Source: Hydrolagus colliei
Taxonomy: Eukaryota
Reading direction: 5' to 3'
Length of the DNA: 64,000 bases
Assembly (NCBI GenBank): GCA_035084275.1
Contig: CM068744.1
Coordinates: forward strand, 17,360,001-17,424,000
The notes under the pieces are model-generated. The model was not told the DNA's origin, did no database searches, and saw only the letters and a list, made by a program, of their open reading frames with translations. Shown here piece after piece: positions 25,601-36,794 of the stretch (within the stretch, counting starts at the first letter, position 1; the number at the start of each line of letters is the position of its first letter). The position numbers were made by a program, and so were the translations under genes.

Positions 25601-26064
25601 TGTTTCTGGAAGCGAAACACAAAATATTCCTTACATGGTCTGCGGATCTTTCACAGATAGGGAATCCTGCTGGAGGCCCACCCTGAATAGGATATCAGAC
25701 ATAGCCGATAAAGAGCAGGAGAATTCGTCACCTCTTAAAATTTTATTTTATTTAAATGTTGGTTTATTAGATCCTTCAATTCTTCCAAACTGCCCTCTGC
25801 TGTGTAAAATTCTTATTCTCTTCATTCATTTTCCATTAATCTTGAAGCCAAAGCCTTTATGAGTAGGGTGATCCTGGCTGGAGAAACAGAAGAAAGCTTG
25901 TTAGGCAATATTTGCTATAACAAGCTGATCAGTTTTAGCTGGATAAACTCCAGCAACACTATCAACACACACTCAAGACTTGGCTTTTGCCAAAAGCGGA
26001 GCCTAATAATCTCCAATTCTGATGAGCAAAGTGTGGCTCCTCAGAGACAGTGTGCACTCAATTC

Positions 26065-26765
26065 ACAGGAACAAAAGCACAGAAGTAGATAATTCAGTCC
26101 CACCAGCCTGTTCTGCCATTCTATTAAATTGTGGTTGATCTGGACCTCCACATTTACTCCAATTACCCACTTTTAGCCCACATCCTTTGAAATCCTTACC
26201 TAATCAACATCTAGCCATCTCAGCCTTGAAAATTTGAATGTTCCACAACCTCTTAGATGAGATAGTTCCAGATTTCCACTGTCCTTCATGTGGAAAAAAT
26301 GCTTCCTGAGATCACTCCTAAATGACCTAGCTGCAATTTTAGGATTTTGCCCCCACCAAACGAAAGTTTATATGTAGCTACTAGGGTCCGATATATTTCG
26401 ATATATCGGTTATATCCGATATCATTTTCATATTGATATGCCGATATCAGAATTTAAAATGTATCGATATATCGGAAAATTCGACATGTCGAAAAAAAAT
26501 CGATACATCGTGTCTGGCGATATTTTGGTATATCAGTATATATTGATATATCGGCGATATCGATATATCGGTATATTTCGATATGGGCAAACCAATATAT
26601 TGATATCGGAAAATTTCCATATCGACGGACCCTAGTAGCTACCCTATCACACCTGTTCATTGTTTTAAACACCTTCATCAGACGACCACTCCTAAAGAGA
26701 ATAGAGATCAAGTTCATGCCAATCGTCTTCATAATTTAGCCCTTTAAGGCCTGGTATCATTCTAG
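26065..26765 (-). mobile_element. Old CR1 3' fragment interrupted by a hAT MITE
   Basis: cagcctgttctgccattc, ttccagatttccact...aaaaatgcttcct and ttttaaacacctt CR1 motifs on both sides of the MITE. Confidence 0.65.
26382..26634. mobile_element. hAT MITE (253 bp), same TIR family as 11787-12564
   Basis: Perfect TIRs TAGGGTCCG / CGGACCCTA; perfect 8-bp TSD GTAGCTAC (26374-26381, 26635-26642); built largely of ATATCG/CGATAT motifs. Confidence 0.95.
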
Positions 26766-27318
26766 TATTGTCCGCCTTTTGTTTTTTGGTGAAATTCTTA
26801 AATGCAAACAGCCTAGTTCCTAACTCAGTGACAAATGGAGATAATGTCTCTGTTTCTGTATTATTTTGAAAAAAACTCTATCAGATATTTCTATTGATCT
26901 GACAACAAGAGAGGAGACTAATTATATTAACCTGTACATAATGATTTTTTGTGCCTCCATATTTGTGTTTCCTATTTGATATTTTCTCATCTATCTTTCT
27001 CATTGACCGATAAATGTTCTTCTTTTTGTGTTGGTATTGACTCTTCCCAGCTTCCTCATATATTTGAGTGTCTGATCTTATAAAAGAACCTGCTGAATTT
27101 GTGACCATATTGATTCATACAACACTTTACATGGATAAAATAAATGTTCTCCTGGGAGCAAAGGAAGGTAAATAGCACAATCTGCCTCTGGGAATTCGCA
27201 CAATACAATAATGTGTTGATGATTGGACAAATTGTCTGGATCATCAATGAGCTTTGTATAAACCATGGAAGCCAATATACTAACAGGAAAGTCCTGTGTG
27301 CATGAATACAGTGAAATT

Positions 27319-27712
27319 TAATAATGATAATAATCCTTGCATTTGATATAGCACTTTTCACATCTTCTAGATGTCTCAAAGTGCTTCACAGAATATACTG
27401 TTAAGTGAATTGACTGTATATATGTGGGCAAAACGTGTTGCCAATTGCACACAGCAGTGTCCCACAAACAGTCGTGGATTGAAATGACCAATTTATTATT
27501 GTTTAATTTTTGAGTAGGGTGATCAAAAATTAAACAAGGGTGCTTTGGGACGTCCTCCCAATGTGAAAGGCGCTCTATAAATGTAATTTTGTTGTTGTTG
27601 TTGCTGTAGGCGTGTGGAGTAAGGAAACTTGCCCAAAGTTTCACTTTGCCTGGAATTGAACCTAGGTCTCTTGCTTGTAAGGTGAGTGCTCTAACCACTG
27701 AGCTACAAGACT
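27319..27712 (-). mobile_element. Full tRNA SINE with an opposite-strand L2 tail inserted (about 27535-27603)
   Basis: Head TGTAGCTCAGTGGTTAGAGCAC...GGTTCAATTCC on the minus strand; (TTG)n insert. Confidence 0.88.
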
Positions 27713-28442
27713 CACATTACCTGTCCTTAATACTGGTAAGATGTACAATTAACAGTGCCTATATCCAGCCTGTGCCTATATCCAGATGGTAATACTGTAA
27801 TATGATTATGGATAGGCAGTGCCTCATCTTGTAAAGACCAAGTTCAATCTTTGAGCCGGGCAGGCATGTCATCTATCAAGAGTTTGCTTCAGGAAGTAAC
27901 ATGATTAATGGGTTTCCATGGTGTGAGTCTAGGCTAATATGGATATTTGCTCACATGCTATGTTGGTGCAGTTGGAGCCTCTTAGTAGAAACAGAAACTT
28001 TTCATCAATGGCGTAGACTTGTCTAAAAGTTTAATTTCATTGTACAGCATTCATTAATTTGAGATGATGGTTTCATTGAAAATATTACTACAGCATTTCA
28101 GACACATATCCCACAGGGCTTATCAGCAGTAACGTTGTTCTTTTATGTTTTTTTTGTTCTTTGAAGAATTGACCTTGCATTTATGAAAACTTCCTTGAAA
28201 ACCTGGTTTTTAAAGCTGCATTTTCTTTATCAGCAGCAGAAATGAAAAGACATAACATCCTAAATAAATAACTTAACATTTAATTCCAATGGAAATTATA
28301 GTTGCTTTAGATAAAGCTAGATATGGTTGACATTTGCAATGCTTACCAATTCTGGCAAAAAATAATTATAAAGCTGTAACCTAGGGTTAGCCGCGATTCA
28401 CTAAATATGGGACAAGCCATCAATTAAACTCTTAATAAAACA

Positions 28443-28920
28443 TCAATAATAATCCTTGTGTCTGTCACATCAGCAGGACATCGCAAATAATTCACAGGAT
28501 ATACAATAAGGTATATTGACTATGTCATTTGTTTGCAAACACAACAGATAATTAGCACATAATAATGACCCACAAACAGCCATGAAGCCATAAGGTGAAT
28601 GTCCTAGGTTTGTTTCGGTGGGGGTGGGTTGGGGTCAGTGGGATGGGAGGGTGGGGGGGAAGGGGGTTGTTGGTGAGCCACTGGGAGAAACTCCCTTCTC
28701 TTTTCGAACAGTGAAATAGGATATTTAACATCCTTCTGAATAGGCAGACAGATCCTCAGTTTATGTCTCATCCAAAGTTTGGCACCTCCAATAATGTAGT
28801 ACTTCGATCAACACTGCATTGGAGTGTCTGCTTAGACTTATTCACAGTCCTGACATGGGGCTTTAACTCACAACCTCTGATTCAGAAGTGAGAGAGATAC
28901 CAATTGAGCTATGCTGATAT
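28443..28920 (-). mobile_element. Full-length DeuSINE (SacSINE1/AmnSINE1-related)
   Basis: tRNA head, Deu domain (acatccttctgaataggcagacagatcctcagttta-tgtctcatcc...gcacctcc) and L2-type tail. Confidence 0.8.
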
Positions 28921-29516
28921 CTGAGATAATTGATAAGAACACATGTTTTCATATCTTGCTCTGCCTTTGGTGACTTTTTGCCTACCATGTTTTTTGCAAA
29001 GACACATATATAGACCAATTGGTACATTGGTTATTGGCATAAAACACACATCAATATTGATGATGTAATTGCCGAGCAAGTTGCTGAAATTCTCTGTTCA
29101 ATTCACTCAAGGAAACAATTTAGAATTTTCTCTAAATCCTCCATGCCTATATTTAAAATGTCTTCCTATTGCTGGACGAGTAATTCCCACTTTTACCTTA
29201 TCATTAATAAATTGAAGTAATCCTTAGTTTGAGTTCTGCTTATAATTAACTTTGGGGTGGGGGACATGCTTGTCTTTTCAGAAAATGGTAGTTGTGTTTG
29301 GGGTAGGGAGCAATAAAGTCTGTACATAACCAATCTAACCAAATGTAATTGTTTTTTAATGGACCTTTAGTTTCCATGTTTTGAGCAAAGGTTTACATAA
29401 GTGGGAAAAGTTAGGTGACAGGTCAAAGGAGGCACAATGTAATAGCTATAGGCCATTTTGCACACATATTCCCTAAGAAAACCCAGGTTCCCCTGATTGT
29501 TCAACCTTGGCAGAGG

Positions 29517-30415
29517 GACAACAACAACTTTGATTTATATAGCGCCCTTCACGCCGGACGGCGTCTCAGAGCGCTTCACAATAGCGGATCCCGGCACCGA
29601 GCCAGGGGCAGGAATAGAAAGGTGACCAAAGACCAAACGTTGAAGAGAAAGGTCTTCAGCTGGGACCTGAAACTGAGAAAAGAGTGGGGCGAGGCGAAGG
29701 GAGTGAGGAAGGGAGTTCCAGAGCCTTGGGACTTAGTGGCTGAAGGTACGGCCGCCATGGGTGGAGCGGAGGATTCGGGGGACATGGAGGAGGCCAGACC
29801 CAGTGGAGTGAAGGCAACGGGAGCTTGTTTGAGGAGAGAGGTCAGTGGGGTGCAGAGGAGTGGAAGGATTTGAAGACAAGGGTGAGGATCTTGAAGTCAA
29901 CCCTCTCTGGAATAGGGAGCCAGTGAAGTCTGGCAAGGACTAGGGTAATGGGGGAGCGAAGTTTGGTATGGGTGAGTATGCGGGCGGCAGAGTTTTGGAT
30001 GAGTTCGATTTTATGTATTGTGGTGGAGGGGAGACCGGTGAGGAGGGCATTTGAATATCCCAGCCATGAGGTGATGAAGGCATGGACCAGAATTTCAGCG
30101 GCTTTTGGGGTGAGGTATTGCCGGAGACGGACGATCCGTTGGAGGTGGAAGAAGGCGTTGCTGGTGAGGGACCGGATGTGGGGGAGGAAGGACAGTTTGG
30201 GGTCGAACCTGACACTTAGGTTGCACACAGGTTTGGAGAGTTTTAGGGGCAGACCGGAAAGGTGAAGGAGGTGAGAGCCATGTGAATGGAGACGTTGATG
30301 AGAGCCAAAGGGTGGCCTCCGTCTTGTCAACATTCAGCTGCAAGAAATTTGCGCTCATCCAGCTCCTGATGTCTGACAGGCAGGCTGACAGAACATCAGC
30401 GACTGGGGGTCGCTG
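29517..30415 (-). mobile_element. L2 LINE 3' fragment (subfamily B, young)
   Basis: CLSDIRSWMSANFLQLNVDKTEA, LVHAFITS and LHWLPIPERVDFKIL motifs; (CAA)n tail. Confidence 0.94.
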
Positions 30416-30419
30416 ATGT

Positions 30420-31138
30420 TTATGGGACAAAATATAATGTATTGCGGATTATTTAATAATTGATGTAAAATTGGAGTCCTACCATTCAAAGTGAACCTTT
30501 CATGACAGGGTGTGATTGGCTGTGACTCTTTCCACTTGCCACACGGTGCTATTAGTGCTGACCCTCTCTTCCTCCATGGAAGTTCTGTACTACTGAACCA
30601 GCAAAAAAACACATATCTGTTCACACTTTAACCATTTGGCTCCAGACATTTCTCCCATTTGTATGTCACCATGTGTTACAGGAATCCTGTAGCTCAGTGG
30701 TTAAAGCACTTGCCTCACAAACAAGAGACCTGGGTTTGATTTCCAGCAGGGAGAAATGTTCAGCAAGTTCCTTACTCCACACGCCTCTGTTTACCTAGCA
30801 GTTAGTAGGAACATAGTCGTTAGTCATTTAGCGGATTGCTTTTCCGGGGGTAATAATTCCTTAAAAAACTAATAAATTGGTCACTGCAATCCACGACTGT
30901 TTGTGCCATACTGCTGTGTGCAATTGGCTGCCATGTTTCGCTCACAAAATATACAGTCAATTCATTTATAGTATATTCTGTGAAGCACTTTGAGGCTCAA
31001 AGACATAATAAGGTGTCATGTCAAATGCAAGGATTTCTATTATTATTACCATAGTTGTTGCAATATTATTATGGGACAAAATATAATGTATTGCGGATTA
31101 TTTAATAATTGATGTAAAATTTGAGTCCTACCATTCAA
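30420..31138 (+). repeat. 70-bp direct repeat pair (30420-30489 and 31069-31138)
   Basis: ttatgggacaaaatataatgtattgcggatta...gagtcctaccattcaa; one mismatch between copies. Confidence 0.95.
30680..31047 (+). mobile_element. tRNA SINE, long variant with an extra Meta-like segment
   Basis: A box TAGCTCAGTGG, B box GGTTTGATTTCC; extra ctgtttacctagcagttagtaggaac... segment (about 30786-30851) absent from sister copies. Confidence 0.85.
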
Positions 31139-31514
31139 TTTGATACCATTAGTGTACCATCCTATGTTGGTGTATCAGTAAAACAAAATCCTTTATCATC
31201 ATTATCATAGCTGTCTCATTGAAGAGTTCGGACAATTGAACATATATTTTAGTATTTATTAACTTATTAACATCATGGCTGACTTTACGTGACAATGAGA
31301 TCTAATTCACAAGAATTTAAAAAGGATATGTAACACATCTTGCATGTTTCATAATCGACTTTCTTGCAATCCATTCAAATACTTATCTTCATTCCATAGT
31401 TTCCATGCAGAATGGTTAGAAACAGAGGAGTTGACGAATCCAGAATTCACAAGCTACAAATTATTTGGCAAATGTCACAAATTAGATTTTGTTATGTAAA
31501 ATAATTATATCTAA

Positions 31515-31820
31515 ATACAACAACTGACATTCATGCAGCACTATTCACATTAGGGGGATAACAGCTCAGAATACTGTACTATAGCAGGTTTGAACACCGA
31601 GCAAGGGCGAAGGGGAGGCTGACCATAGGTTCAATCAAAGAGGTTTGTCTTTTGGTGGGGTTTGAAGGTAGATAAAGAGGATGTGAGCCAGAGACATTGA
31701 ATAATAGAGTTGCAGAGATTTGAGGCATATTGGCTGAATGCTAAGCCACTGACGGTGGTACCAAGTGGACAGGGAACATACAGCAGGGCTGTGTTAACTG
31801 ACGGAAGGGACAGGCAGAGG
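31515..31820 (-). mobile_element. Old L2 3' fragment
   Basis: acaacaac tail and degenerate homology to subfamily A/B 3' ends. Confidence 0.6.
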
Positions 31821-32439
31821 TGGGCAAATAACTGCCTATAGATTGCTTAAATAGTCAGAAAATTATTAATACTAATCCTCAAGCAGGCTCTCTTACAGAT
31901 ATGTCAGGCTTGCTCCTACATACAGTAATACTATCTTTCTAGTTTGTTAAATCAGCCTCCAGATGTGAGGAAACTGGAATTTAAACAAGATTTTGACATT
32001 TTGGATGCATGAAGATTTGCAGTTGTTAAATACCGTGTGTGCTGCCTATCAACATGTTTTATATGCAGGCAGAAATGATTAATAATATTGGTTAAACACA
32101 TTTGCACTTCAAAGCCAGATTGAGCAAATGAATGTTAAAACGCAAATAGGAACTTCTATTTATAGCTCATCTGGCTCTTTTCATATAGCTTTACTTCAGG
32201 GCTGAAGATATCAGCAATTTGAAGGTTATAGACATAATGAATGTAGTGGTAATAAAGTTAATAAGATCAATCGTTTGCTCTGGGCTGACAAGGGAGCAAA
32301 GCTGAATATGGTTTTGGGAATTCTGATAGTCCAAACTATGGCTTTGGAGATCCCAAACATTTGTGAAAAACAATATTCAGATTTAGGTTCTGTGCAAACA
32401 AACCTTTCATAATCACTCAATGAATTTCAATTGTTATTT

Positions 32440-32976
32440 TTATTATAATAAAAAGTATAAGAATCCTTCTCCCACACCAGGCTTCACGACCACATCACTC
32501 CCACCCTCGCCCGTCTCCACTGGCTCCCCATCACCCAGAGGATCGAATTCAAGATCCTTGTTCTCAGTTTCAAGGCCATTCACGGTCTTGCCCCCGTCTA
32601 TGTCTCTGACCTACTGTGTCCCTATCAGCCTGCCCGCATCCTCCGTTCAGCAGACTCAGGCCTGCTCTGCGTGCACCGCCCTAACAGCCCAACCATCGGC
32701 GGCCGGGCTTTCAGCCTCTCTGCTCCCACACTGTGGAATTCCATCCCGCAGCCCCTCCGCCTGGCTTCCTCCCTTTCCTCTTTCAAGGCCGATCTCAAGA
32801 TCTTCCTCTTCAACCGCGCCTTCGGCTACCCCACCAACTCTTCCCCTCTCCGATTCTCCTTCCCCTTCCCCCTACTCCGACCCTTCCCCCACCCCGCTCG
32901 ACCTGACTGTTCAGCACTTTGGGACATCCTCCAGACGTGAAAGGCGCTGTATAAGTGCAATTTTGTTGTTGTTGTT
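32440..32976 (+). mobile_element. L2 subfamily A 3' fragment with a shared AT-rich 5' junction
   Basis: HDHITPTLARLHWLPITQRIEFKIL frame; (TTG)n tail; same junction as the 43300 copy. Confidence 0.9.
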
Positions 32977-33014
32977 ACATTTGTTGCTATAACATTGAAA
33001 TGTCTCAAAGCACT

Positions 33015-33145
33015 TATTTGAGGATTATTAGGCATGTGGAGAAAGGAAACTTGTCCAAGATTTCGCCTTGAACTGCCTGTATTTGAAACACACATATCAC
33101 GCTTGTAAGGCGAGTGCTCTAACCAGTAAGCTACAAGACTCCACA
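33015..33145 (-). mobile_element. tRNA SINE head
   Basis: gcttgtaaggcgagtgctctaaccagtaagctaca is the reverse of the SINE head. Confidence 0.78.
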
Positions 33146-34009
33146 GAAGGTCTGACATCCATCTGAACAGACAGATTTTGCCCTGCCTTTTGAATTATCA
33201 ACATTCTTGAATTTACCATGCGCTGTGTGATGCTTTATTTCATTTTGCTTTCTGACTGTTTTGAAAGTGAATGGGTTTCTCAGTACAAAAGTATTCCAGG
33301 TGAACTGAATTATTTAACATACTTGACTTCAAAACAACATTGCAATCCACTTTTTTTTATATAAAGATACATCCTGTCAGAGAAAGCCAAGTTCACAATG
33401 ATCTGAGAGGTAAAAGTGAAATGTCAAATGCTGACCTGATGTATTTACAAGGATTTCTGTTCAACTTTGATGCCTGTGATTCACAGGACTGAGCTTGGAG
33501 CAAAGGATTGGATTTTTATCCTCAGGCTGCAAACATTTCAACAATATGCATTTATATAACACCTTTCACATCAGCAGCGCTTCTCAAATACAACTGACTA
33601 GCAATCTCTGTAAAGCTCTTTGAGACATTACTCTATATGAAAGGGGCTGTTTAAATGCAAATTGTAAAATCTAATTATTTTCATGTTTTACTTGGTCAAT
33701 TATTTCAGCATTGTAATATAATAATAATAAATGTGGTTTGGCCGGTATAACTATATTAAGATGCACTGAGCTAACCTATTATTCATGTAATTACCAAATG
33801 TCTCTATATTAATTTACTATTTATACTGTGGCAGTGATTTCATATTCTGTTGTTCAGTGTACATTCTAGAGAAATATTGCATAAAACTACTACATAATTC
33901 AGTGCTGCAATCATCACAAGTGTATACAGTTTTCCACAATTAATTAGGAACATATCAGTACCATAGACAATAGGAATACATTAAAAAGTGCAAATATAGG
34001 TTGCAGTAA

Positions 34010-34262
34010 CATTATAATGATTCTTGCATTTGATATGGTGCCTTGTCGCATTGTCGAGACATCTAAATTACACACGTTGAGGTGTACTGACTGTATTTGT
34101 TGGCACATGTGGCAGTCAATTTGCAGTCTATACAACAATGTCCTACAAACAGCCATGAGGTGTATGATTAATTTTATCTGGGAGATTGTTGGCCAGGACT
34201 CCAGGCAAGACTTCCTTCTCTTTTCAAGTAGTGCCTTGGGATCTTTAACATCCACCTGAACA
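34010..34262 (-). mobile_element. DeuSINE 3' half
   Basis: gttggccaggactccagg...gtagtgccttgggatctttaacatccacctga Deu motifs plus tail. Confidence 0.75.
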
Positions 34263-35029
34263 CTCTTTCATATTGCTGTTTCAAAACAAAGTCCTACTGT
34301 TAATTTAAGGCTCATATTTGTGGCTTGTCGCAATTTGGACCCCATGTGGTAATAATCACATGCAATGCTGATGTTTGTTCATGAAATTACACATGGCATA
34401 ATCATGAAAAATTAACAGCAGTCAAGGTAAAATTCTGGCAAGAGCATTTGATCAGGTTCTGATGCATACCTTCATTAAAGATTGGCATAAAAATCTGGGA
34501 ACATTGATGGTTATAAGGATGGGTATAGACTAAGATAAGAAAGCATCTCACATGATATGATGCATCCTGTGCAGCATGGGGCTGGAAGAGGGGGAAACAC
34601 TGTCTTAAGAAGATAAACTTGAAGAGGGGTGGTGAGATATTACTAACAATCTTTCAGTCACAATTGCAATACAATCTACAATTTCAAAAGAACTGTGAAC
34701 AAAGATCGTAAGTATTTTAAGTAATCCTTAAGTTTAGATAGCGCTTTCCACTTCTTATCGACGTCCCAAAGCACTTCACAGAGTTTGGAGAAGGAAAGTA
34801 GGAAAATTAACTGTATATTTGTGGGTGAAACGCGGCAGCCAAATTGCGCACAGCAGTACAGTTTGTCATGTTATTTAAGCTGCTCCAAATTAGAGTAATG
34901 TCCTGTTTTCTTTCCGACACAAACATCCTGAGAAGCTCAAAGATAATTCTTCATCCTTTTACAATCAGTAAAATGAATACTACAACACAAATATATCTCA
35001 AGGAAATGGAAACGGGAGGGGGAGGTTGC

Positions 35030-35487
35030 ATTATAATAATAATCCTTCAGGAGGACATCTTAAAAGAGCTTCACAGCATATACTGATATATTGTAAAGTG
35101 TAATGGTTGTTTACTTGTGGATGAATACGACATCCAATTTGTGCAGAATAACACAATACAAAATTTTATTTGCATAGTGCCTTTCACATCTGGAGGGTAT
35201 CCCAAGGCACTGGAATAACAAACAGCCAGTTGAAGTAAATGACCAGTTTAATTTTATTTAGAGAATTGTTCCAGGACACCGAGAGAAACTCAACTGTTTT
35301 TCACATAGTAGGATCTTTAATGTCTATGTGCCAAGCAGATGGGATGTTGGTTTAATATCTAACCGAAGGACAGCACCAAGAACAAATCAGCGCTCCCCCA
35401 GCATTGCACCGGAGTGGTAGCCTAGATTGTGAGTTCAAAGTCCTAACATGGGGTTTGAACCCACAATTTCTGACTCAGAGATGAGAG
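35030..35487 (-). mobile_element. Full DeuSINE with an L2 tail inserted (about 35150-35215)
   Basis: Head tctgactcagagatgagagtgctaccaactgagcc (extends to about 35503), Deu body and tail. Confidence 0.78.
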
Positions 35488-35827
35488 TGCTACCAACTGA
35501 GCCCTAGCAACTTGTAGGCCAAGATTTGCAAGGTCGGACACATCCGCATTGAAGGCTCTATTGATGACTAAAATGTTTGTCTGGTTCTTCAATGAAACTG
35601 AGGATTAGGCATTTCATCCACCACACAGAACAAAACCTCATGGAGGATTTTTAGGCCATTAAGCCTGTTTTATTAGATCTTGGCAGATTTTAATTCCAAT
35701 TCCCTGCCTATGCTCCATATCCCTTAATGCTATTATTTAATATGTATGCAATCATGTGTGAATGGATGTATGCTTGTGTGTGTATGCATGGATGGATGTG
35801 TGTATGCATGGATATCTGTGGATAAAA

Positions 35828-36163
35828 GAATAATAATAATAATAACGATCATCATCATACTAATAATCCTTGTATTTGATATAGCACTTTTCATGTCTTC
35901 TAGACATCTCAAAACGCTTCACAGAATATACTGGAAAGTGAATTAACTGTATATTTTTGTGCAAAACATGGCAACTAATTACGCACAGCAGTGTCTCACA
36001 AACAGATGTAGATTGAAATGACTAATTCGTAATTTTTTTTTCTTGTTGGATTATTAGCTGTGTAGAAAACCGAAACTGGCTCAAGGCTCCGCCCTGCAGG
36101 GAATTGAACCCAGATCTCTCGCTTATAAGGTAAGTGTTATAACCACTGAGCTACAGGATTCTA
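35828..36163 (-). mobile_element. Full tRNA SINE (short family)
   Basis: Collinear with 1192-1515 and 57706-57995. Confidence 0.88.
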
Positions 36164-36221
36164 CATGTATGTGTTTGTGTGTGTGTATGGAGGAGTGGAT
36201 GGGTAGTTGGAATTTTACCCT

Positions 36222-36752
36222 ATATGCCTGATAATAATCCCTCAAGAAAAAAACAATAATAAATTGGTCATTTTAATCCACATCTTTTTGTGGGACACTG
36301 CTGTATGCAATTATCTGCCACGTTTCACCCAGATATATACAATCGAATTCACTCTACAGTATATTCTGTGAAGTGCTTTGGGATGTCTAGAAGACATGAA
36401 AAGCATTACAGTAAAACCTCGATAATCCGGCCCACTCACCTTCTGGATTTCAGAGTTTGCCAATGTTTAGAAACCTACCTAGAAATTGTTGGGGAGCCTC
36501 GCCCCATACACCATGTATACTACAAACACAGCACTGCAGCAATGCTCGAGCTCCACCCACAGCGCTGGATGACAGTGTGGCCACATCGGGAACTGCAAGC
36601 AGCTGTTCCGAACTTCGGGAGATTTGCCAGACATTGAAAACAAATCTAATAATAAATGTATTTTGACATCCTGCCGATGTTAGGGACTTGCCGGCTTTCA
36701 GAATGTTGGATTATCGAGTTTTATTGTATATCAATTGCAATGATTATTACTA
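36222..36752 (+). mobile_element. SINE 3' portion hosting a Tigger-like MITE
   Basis: The SINE tail aaaagcatTA resumes as TAtatcaattgcaatgattatt after the insert. Confidence 0.8.
36409..36726. mobile_element. Tigger/pogo-like MITE (318 bp)
   Basis: TA|CAGTAAAACCTCGATAATCC ... GGATTATCGAGTTTTATTG|TA; TA duplication inside the SINE tail. Confidence 0.88.
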
Positions 36753-36794
36753 TTGTTAGACAGCTGGGGTGCATGTGAGTCTGTCTGTCTTAAA

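Noticed and set aside
26382-26634. CRISPR-like or operator array in the ATATCG repeats
   Set aside because: No constant repeat with unique spacers; bounded by TIRs and an 8-bp TSD in vertebrate-type DNA
27771-27785. Short tandem duplications (also about 1449-1476, 6987-7015, 61922-61948)
   Set aside because: Ordinary 13-17-bp slippage duplications with no further pattern
33420-33462. Additional Penelope-end-like scraps (also about 48465-48510 on the minus strand)
   Set aside because: Too short and degenerate, with no hammerhead core
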